Assembly (NCBI GenBank): GCA_965203935.1
Contig: OZ241921.1
Span: forward strand, 1,236,276-1,300,275
Length of the DNA stretch: 64,000 nt
Direction: 5' to 3'
From: Bdellovibrionales bacterium
GTDB lineage: Bacteria; Bdellovibrionota; Bdellovibrionia; Bdellovibrionales; UBA1609
Positions within the stretch are counted from its first letter, which is position 1. Each line of letters starts with the position of its first letter. Shown in pieces: positions 47,670-53,716 of this stretch. Both the position numbers and the translations under genes were made by a program. The notes beneath the pieces were generated by a model. That model saw only the letters and a program-made list of their open reading frames with translations. It searched no databases and was not told the DNA's origin.

Positions 47670-48269
47670 GTGGATACACAAAGCAATAACAATGTGGAAC
47701 AAGAGTTTTTAGAAAGAGTGGTCTCCATTAACCGCGTAACAAAAGTGGTAAAAGGGGGCAGGCGCTTTTCTTTTTCCGCTTTGGTGGTGGCGGGGGACGG
47801 AAAAGGCCGGGTGGGCATAGGCACAGGCAAAGCCGGCGAAGTGCCGGAGTCCATCAGCAAGGCCGGGCGTATCGCCCAAAAATCTCTTCTTCAAGTGCCC
47901 TTGAAGGACCAAAGAACCATCCCCCACGAGATAATGGGAAAGTTTGGCGCTTCAAGAGTGGCGCTCAGGCCGGCAGGTCCCGGAACAGGGGTCATAGCCG
48001 GGGGGCCGGTGCGGGCGGTCTTGGAATGTATTGGTGTAAAAGATATACTGACAAAAAGAATGGGGAGCCGGAACCCTCATAATGTTGTGCACGCAACAAT
48101 AAACGGCCTTAAACAGCTTGTTGAGATACAGGAAAAAAGACCGCTTTTTGCCGGCACTCTTTCGGAGCGCAAAAGGCAAAAAACTGACCAAAAGGAATCT
48201 CCACTTGGCAAAACCACAGATTTAAAAAAGCCTTCCGGCAAGGCAAAACAAAAAGGCGATAAAAAATGA
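47670..48269 (+). CDS. rpsE: 30S ribosomal protein S5 (basic C-terminal tail)
   Basis: [36 protein letters not shown] start. About 30 extra Lys-rich residues at the C-terminus. Confidence 0.95.
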   Translation: MDTQSNNNVEQEFLERVVSINRVTKVVKGGRRFSFSALVVAGDGKGRVGIGTGKAGEVPESISKAGRIAQKSLLQVPLKDQRTIPHEIMGKFGASRVALRPAGPGTGVIAGGPVRAVLECIGVKDILTKRMGSRNPHNVVHATINGLKQLVEIQEKRPLFAGTLSERKRQKTDQKESPLGKTTDLKKPSGKAKQKGDKK

Positions 48270-48451
48270 ACCGGCAGGTGACAGTGACTTTGAAAAAAAG
48301 CTTAATAGGCTGTACAAAAAAGCAAAAATCAGCTGTGCGCTGTTTGGGCTTGAAAAAGCCCGGCCAAAAAATCGTTTTGCCTGAAAACCCCGTAACAAAA
48401 GGACAGATGGAAAAAGTAAAACATTTAATCACACTGGAGTACAATAAATAG
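48266..48451 (+). CDS. rpmD: 50S ribosomal protein L30
   Basis: 61-aa [30 protein letters not shown]. Confidence 0.9.
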   Translation: MNRQVTVTLKKSLIGCTKKQKSAVRCLGLKKPGQKIVLPENPVTKGQMEKVKHLITLEYNK

Positions 48452-48650
48452 TCGGGCGTGAAAAAGGCTACTAAACTGCATGGTCTCAAAAGCAAAGTCC
48501 AAGCTTGTTCAGGCTGAAAGCCCTACGGATAGGGCTTTCAGTTTTACGAAAAAACAAAGAAGAACGGAAGGCCAAATCGTTGGCCTATACGCCTTCACCG
48601 CTTGGTTTTGCTTTTGAGACATAATTTACAGGTGTTTTTCACGGGCTACT
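48447..48650. repeat. palindromic repeat module inserted between rpmD and rplO
   Basis: AAATAGTCGGGCGTGAAAAAGGCTACTAAACTGC...TCTCAAAAGCAAAG...CTGAAAGCCCTACGGATAGGGCTTTCAG...GGCCAAATCGTTGGCC...TTGCTTTTGAGA...TTTTTCACGGGCTACT. Its left flank overlaps the rpmD stop codon. Confidence 0.85.
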
Positions 48651-48671
48651 GCATAAAGTACAGGAGAGACT

Positions 48672-49235
48672 ATGAAAAAAAACAGTAATATGGAAAAAGA
48701 AATAAAAACAGCCTGCGAACCTGCTGTGAATGCAGGGGGGGTTTTAAGCTGTCTTTCTTCTTTTCCTCATTCCCGCCACAAGAAAAAGCGCCTGGGTCGC
48801 GGGCGATCCTCAGGCTGGGGAGGCACCTCCACCAAAGGGCATAAGGGGCAAAAATCCCGCTCCGGCTTTGGCCTTTTAAGGGGTTTTGAAGGGGGGCAGA
48901 TGCCTTTGGTCCGCCGTCTTCCCAAGTTTGGCTTCACCAACAAGCGTTTTAAAACAAAGCGGGATATTATTAATTTGTCAGACCTTAATCGCTTTGACTC
49001 TGAAGTGGATCCGGCTGTTTTGTCTAAGGCCGGTATGGCCAAACACCCGGTAAAAATTCTGGCCAAGGGGGAGCTAAAAAAACCTTTAACAGTTAAAGCG
49101 CACTGTTTTAGTAAAAAAGCTGTTCAGCTGATTAAAAAAGCCGGGGGTAAAGTGGAGATCTTAACCGGCGGGCAAAAAGAGGCTGGCTCTAAATCATCAC
49201 CGGACACAGCAGGTGCAAAAGGCGCTGAAACATGA
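48672..49235 (+). CDS. rplO: 50S ribosomal protein L15
   Basis: KKKRLGRGRSSGWGGTSTKGHKGQKSRSG, with ~20 extra N-terminal residues. Confidence 0.9.
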   Translation: MKKNSNMEKEIKTACEPAVNAGGVLSCLSSFPHSRHKKKRLGRGRSSGWGGTSTKGHKGQKSRSGFGLLRGFEGGQMPLVRRLPKFGFTNKRFKTKRDIINLSDLNRFDSEVDPAVLSKAGMAKHPVKILAKGELKKPLTVKAHCFSKKAVQLIKKAGGKVEILTGGQKEAGSKSSPDTAGAKGAET

Positions 49236-50545
49236 AAAACCAGTTTTCTTTTCCCAAAGATCTCAGAAACCGGATTCTTTTTACGATAGCTGTGTTGGTT
49301 ATTTACCGTATAGGGGTGCAGGTGCCGACACCCGGTGTGGATCGTGAAGCTTTAATGGCTTTTTTTGCCTCTCAAGGGGGCGGGGTCTTAAATATGCTGA
49401 ATACTTTTACCGGCGGCGCGCTGGAAAGATTTAGTATTTTTGCCTTGGGCATTTTGCCTTATATAACCTCCTCCATTATTTTTCAGCTTTTGCAAACAGG
49501 TGTTCCGTACTTGGAGCAGTTAAAAAAAGAAGGGGAGGCGGGCAGAAGAAAAATCAATCAATACACCCGTTGGGCCACTGTGCTTTTTTCCATCGTGCAG
49601 GGCTACGGCATCTCCAAAATGTTGCTGACCATGACCCCCGGGGACGGCCGCTCTTTGGTGATCTCCCCTGTAATAGGTTTTGTGCCTTTTGAGGTTTTTA
49701 CCATTATCACTTTAACGGCGGGGGCCTGCCTTATCATGTGGCTGGGCGAGCAGATAAGTGAAAAGGGTGTGGGCAACGGCGCCTCTTTAATTATTTTTGC
49801 CGGTATTGCGGCGGGTATTCCCTCCGGCACGGTTAACCTTTTTAAGATGGTGGGTCGGGGTGAGATCAGCAACGGTCTGTTGCTCGCTTTGGTGTTGTTT
49901 ATGATTGTGGTTGTGGGCATTATCATCTTTATTGAAGTGGGCCAAAGAAGAATACCCGTTCAATATTCGCAAAGGGCTGTGGGCAAACAGCCCGCCACAC
50001 AAAGCTCGCACCTGCCTTTAAAGTTGAACTTTGCCGGGGTGATACCCCCCATTTTTGCTTTCAGTCTGCTGTCCTTTCCCGCCACCTTGGCCCAATATGT
50101 GCAAAAACCCTGGGCGCAAAACCTCCAAAGCGCTCTAACCCCGGAAAGCTCGCTTTTTAATATTTTACTGGTGGTCTTGATTGTGTTCTTCTGCTTTTTT
50201 TATACAGAGGCGGTTTTTAACCCCAACGAAATGTCAGACAACCTAAAAAAATACGGGGGCTTTATCCCCGGGATCCGCGCGGGAAAAAGCACAGCGGATT
50301 ATGTAAAGCGCATTTTGGATCGGTTAACTGTGGCAGGCTCCATTTACTTAAGCATTGTTTGTATTATTCCCACTTTGTTGATTGATAAAATGAACACGCC
50401 CTTTATTTTTGGCGGAACCAGCCTTTTAATTCTTGTGGGGGTGGCTTTAGACACCACCCAGCAAATTCAATCACACCTGCTGACCGCCCGTTACGAAGGC
50501 TTAATGAAAGGCGTGCGCGTGAAATCCCGCAGAGTGCAATACTAA
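49232..50545 (+). CDS. secY: preprotein translocase subunit SecY
   Basis: 437-aa polytopic membrane ORF at the end of the spc cluster. GIxPYITSSII and GGxIPGIRxG motifs. Confidence 0.95.
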   Translation: MKNQFSFPKDLRNRILFTIAVLVIYRIGVQVPTPGVDREALMAFFASQGGGVLNMLNTFTGGALERFSIFALGILPYITSSIIFQLLQTGVPYLEQLKKEGEAGRRKINQYTRWATVLFSIVQGYGISKMLLTMTPGDGRSLVISPVIGFVPFEVFTIITLTAGACLIMWLGEQISEKGVGNGASLIIFAGIAAGIPSGTVNLFKMVGRGEISNGLLLALVLFMIVVVGIIIFIEVGQRRIPVQYSQRAVGKQPATQSSHLPLKLNFAGVIPPIFAFSLLSFPATLAQYVQKPWAQNLQSALTPESSLFNILLVVLIVFFCFFYTEAVFNPNEMSDNLKKYGGFIPGIRAGKSTADYVKRILDRLTVAGSIYLSIVCIIPTLLIDKMNTPFIFGGTSLLILVGVALDTTQQIQSHLLTARYEGLMKGVRVKSRRVQY

Positions 50546-50581
50546 GCTTACAGGCTGTGATATTTTGTAAAATTTATGTCA

Positions 50582-50896
50582 TTACTTAACTGAAGCGGTT
50601 TTGCCGGATAATAAAAAGTCTTTAATTTCCTTTACATCCGCTCTTATTCCCTCTACATCCGCTCTTATTCCCTCTACATCCGCTCTTATTTCTTTTTGCT
50701 CTGCTTTTATTTCTTTTTGCTCCGCTTCAAAGCGCTCTTGATTTTTCTCTAATAATTCAATTTTTGTATTCAGGCTGTATTTTAGAGGATCAATCTTCGC
50801 ATTCAAAAGCGTGTTAATACCGGTAAACAGTAAGGCTAAAACCGCGGTATAAAAAATACCGGCTGTAAATAAGTCCTTTTTTTCCATATCTTCCAC
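50582..50896 (-). CDS. membrane-anchored coiled-coil protein with heptad tandem repeats
   Basis: N-terminal TM helix (LFTAGIFYTAVLALLFTGI), then EQKEIKA/EQKEIRA/DVEGIRA x3. 21-bp tandem repeats at ~50633-50695. Confidence 0.45.
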   Translation of the reverse strand: MEDMEKKDLFTAGIFYTAVLALLFTGINTLLNAKIDPLKYSLNTKIELLEKNQERFEAEQKEIKAEQKEIRADVEGIRADVEGIRADVKEIKDFLLSGKTASVK

Positions 50897-51087
50897 CTCC
50901 CGCTGTCTGCCGGCACCGGTAAATTTAGTATATCATACAAAATAAGTCAATAAAAACCGGTTAAATAGGAAAAATACCTGTTTTTAACAAATAAAATATT
51001 AAAGTTTTTTTATTCCACAGCCGATAACAGCTTATAGCTGTTTTTCTTGACCGGGTGGTAATATGAAAAAATTTTATAACAGGCGCT

Positions 51088-52779
51088 TTGCCGGCTTTTC
51101 TGTCGTCACCCCCCCCCCCCCCCCATTCCAAAAAATCCAGTAATTTCAATAGTTTACATACATTTCTTCATCTAAAAACTTCAGCCGGCAAAGCCTGTTA
51201 TTTCGCCGCGGGTCTTTCCCGGTTAAAAAGCTGTGTTTGTTTTATAAAGTCACGAGTACGACAACAAAGTCGCGTCGCTATCGCCGGCATTGCCGGTTTC
51301 GGGCTGGTGGAGGTTTTGGTTTTGGCCGGCTTGGGGCTGGTGGTGTCTTTGGGAAGTTTAAAGCTGGCTCAGGTGGAGTCTCGATCCGCTTTGATTATGA
51401 AAGCAGGGCTGGCGGAGCGGGATTTAAGCTATACTCTAAAATCTGTCTTAAGCGAAGATTGCAAATGGAACTTAAAGCCCGGCAGAACCGGCGGGCTTGC
51501 CTCAGACGGCACGGGCGCTTTAAGCGCGCTTAAAAAAACTTACGGCAACAACGAAGGCGAATCACCAAATATAAACGATGACATTAGCTTAATCACCACG
51601 GGCGATTTTAAAAACGCTTTAGACATCATAAAGATGGAGTTTAAAGATCCTAATGCAGGAAATACCGACACAGATGAAAGGTCTTTTTTTGTTTACTACA
51701 AGAAAAAAGGGCTTGGGAGTGTAAGCACGGTGGGAAACAGGACCTGCACAAATGGCACGGGGGCTGAGGATCAAGCAGGCTGTTATCTTATAAAATGCGA
51801 TATGCAGTATTCTCTTCATAAAACAACAGGTAATGACAAGTGTTCCCTCTCAGGTTGTGTGACAGGGGCGGGACATGCAGACAAAGCGGGCCTTATCTGT
51901 GAGGAGGGTAAATATTTACAAGGCATTGACGATCAAGGGAACAAAATTTGTAAGCAGACAGCTCAATCAGGGGAGGGTTGTCCTTCCGGGAAATTTCTTA
52001 AAGGTTTTAAAAGTGACGGCACCGCCGAGTGTGAAACACCCTGCCCGGAAGGCAGGGTATGGAAAAATAACAGTTGCGAATGCCCGGGGAATCAAAGTTG
52101 GAACGGCTCCGCCTGTGCGTGCCCTGTGGATAAGCTTAAGTGGACCGGCACGGCTTGCGAGGCCTGCCCTTCGGATAAACCCAACTGGAACGGCTCTGAT
52201 TGTGTACCGGCCTGCACAAGTGGTACTCCGAAGTGGGATGGCTCAAGCTGTATAACATGTGTAGCTTATAACAGCAATACCCCCAAGTGGAACAGCAGTA
52301 CAAAGAGCTGTGAGGCCTGCCCAAGTGGTACTCCGAAGTGGAATGGTTCAAGCTGTATAACATGTGTGGCTTATAACAGCAATACCCCCCAGTGGAACAG
52401 CAGTACAAAGAGCTGTGAGGCGGCCTGCCCAAGTGGTGCTGATTTGTCCAATGGACATTGCTGTCCTATTGGAAGAGTATATTCCCACGGGGTTTGTTGT
52501 CGCAATGGGTATGTGCGTGTGGGGATATATACCTGTTGCCCAAATGACCGACCATACATGTATTCACAACAGACTGGTTGCTATAGAGAATGCGCGGGCA
52601 CGATTGTAAGAAGATCCTTCGCCGGATATATATGTGCCTGCCCCGACAGTAAGCCCCACTTCTATCACAGCCAATGCAATGTCTGTGGCCCCCTTGAGCA
52701 GTTGTCCAATGGACATTGCTGTCCTTGGGGGTATGTGTATTCCCACGAGTACGAGCGATGTGGGGCTTTTGACTTTTGA
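51088..52779 (+). CDS. pilin-like cysteine-rich repeat surface protein, paralogue 1 (start uncertain, possibly phase-off)
   Basis: Track ORF (TTG start) contains IAG|FGLVEVLVLAGLGLVVSLGSL (prepilin-type Gly / F-x-L-x-E with Glu+5 plus hydrophobic helix), a conserved head (DCKWNLKPGRTGGL.SDGTGALSALKKT) and CxxC/PKW(N/D)GS repeats. SD+ATG at 51063 is out of frame across the C16 tract. Confidence 0.65.
   Translation: MPAFLSSPPPPPHSKKSSNFNSLHTFLHLKTSAGKACYFAAGLSRLKSCVCFIKSRVRQQSRVAIAGIAGFGLVEVLVLAGLGLVVSLGSLKLAQVESRSALIMKAGLAERDLSYTLKSVLSEDCKWNLKPGRTGGLASDGTGALSALKKTYGNNEGESPNINDDISLITTGDFKNALDIIKMEFKDPNAGNTDTDERSFFVYYKKKGLGSVSTVGNRTCTNGTGAEDQAGCYLIKCDMQYSLHKTTGNDKCSLSGCVTGAGHADKAGLICEEGKYLQGIDDQGNKICKQTAQSGEGCPSGKFLKGFKSDGTAECETPCPEGRVWKNNSCECPGNQSWNGSACACPVDKLKWTGTACEACPSDKPNWNGSDCVPACTSGTPKWDGSSCITCVAYNSNTPKWNSSTKSCEACPSGTPKWNGSSCITCVAYNSNTPQWNSSTKSCEAACPSGADLSNGHCCPIGRVYSHGVCCRNGYVRVGIYTCCPNDRPYMYSQQTGCYRECAGTIVRRSFAGYICACPDSKPHFYHSQCNVCGPLEQLSNGHCCPWGYVYSHEYERCGAFDF
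51109..51124 (+). repeat. homopolymeric poly-C tract, 16 nt
   Basis: Counted directly. Followed by ATTCCAAAAAATCCAGTAATTTCAATA, a flank shared with the tract at 62072. Confidence 0.95.
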
Positions 52780-52839
52780 AGGTAGTGGAAATAGTGCATA
52801 CAGAACCATTAAATTCAGGGTTTTTCATAAGAGTTATTT

Positions 52840-53715
52840 ATGATTTTTTTACAAAAATTGGTTTTAGGAAGAGCGGGTTTTGGATTGGTGGAGATTTTAA
52901 TTACCGCCGGGGCGGGGCTTGTTCTGGGGGCGGGTATGTTGACTTTGTTTCAAAATTCTTTGCAAAACTCTTCAGCTCTTAAGGTTTTAGCTGTGGAGCG
53001 GGACTTAAGCTCCCGCTTAAGAGAGATCTTAAATAATCCCGCTGACTGCAAGTGGAACTTAACACCGGGCCGAACCGGCGGGCTTTCATCAGACGGCACA
53101 GGCGCTTTAAGCGCGCTTAAAAAAACTAATGGCAGTACAAATCCTTCAGATTATAAACCTGCGATCGAAAAAGGCGTATTTAAAGGCAAACTGGAGGTGG
53201 TAAAGCTGGAGTTTTCGGGAAGCGCCAATGAAAGAACTTTTACAGTGTATTACAAAAGAAAAGGCTTAAAAGTTTACAATACTTTAGGGGGCGGGGCTTG
53301 TGCCACAGGCGACACAAGCGGGTGTTACTTTGAATCCTGCAAAGTGAATTATACTTATTCAGGAACAACAGTTAACACCTGCGCTTTGCTTAATTGCGCG
53401 GTGGATGAAGTCATAAAAAGCGTAAGTAAAAAAACCTGCGGACAGCATCAAAACTTAAGAGGCTTTGACAAAAACGGTGAGCCTGTTTGTAAGCCGGTGG
53501 CTCAAGCGGGAGATATTTGCCCTGCGGGACAGTTCTTAAAACATTTTGACGGCAAGGGCAAAGCGGTTTGTGAAACAGCCTGCTCCGCCGGTGCGACATG
53601 GAAGGGATCTTCCTGTGTCTGCTTGGGCGGCAGAATATGGAACGGTTCCACCTGCACCTGTCTGCACGGCAAGTATTGGGATGGATCAAAATGCGTGGCT
53701 GATTCCTCCACTTAA
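52840..53715 (+). CDS. pilin-like cysteine-rich protein, paralogue 2 (short classical leader)
   Basis: MIFLQKLVLGRAG|FGLVEILITAGAGLVLGAG, a short basic leader ending in Gly. Same conserved head as paralogues 1 and 3, with a short Cys-rich tail. Confidence 0.7.
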   Translation: MIFLQKLVLGRAGFGLVEILITAGAGLVLGAGMLTLFQNSLQNSSALKVLAVERDLSSRLREILNNPADCKWNLTPGRTGGLSSDGTGALSALKKTNGSTNPSDYKPAIEKGVFKGKLEVVKLEFSGSANERTFTVYYKRKGLKVYNTLGGGACATGDTSGCYFESCKVNYTYSGTTVNTCALLNCAVDEVIKSVSKKTCGQHQNLRGFDKNGEPVCKPVAQAGDICPAGQFLKHFDGKGKAVCETACSAGATWKGSSCVCLGGRIWNGSTCTCLHGKYWDGSKCVADSST

Positions 53716-53716
53716 T

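Noticed and set aside
51025-51047. Terminator-like hairpin AACAGCT-TAT-AGCTGTT followed by TTTTT upstream of paralogue 1
   Set aside because: The stem is short (7 bp) and AT-rich, with no upstream plus-strand gene to terminate. It may be incidental.
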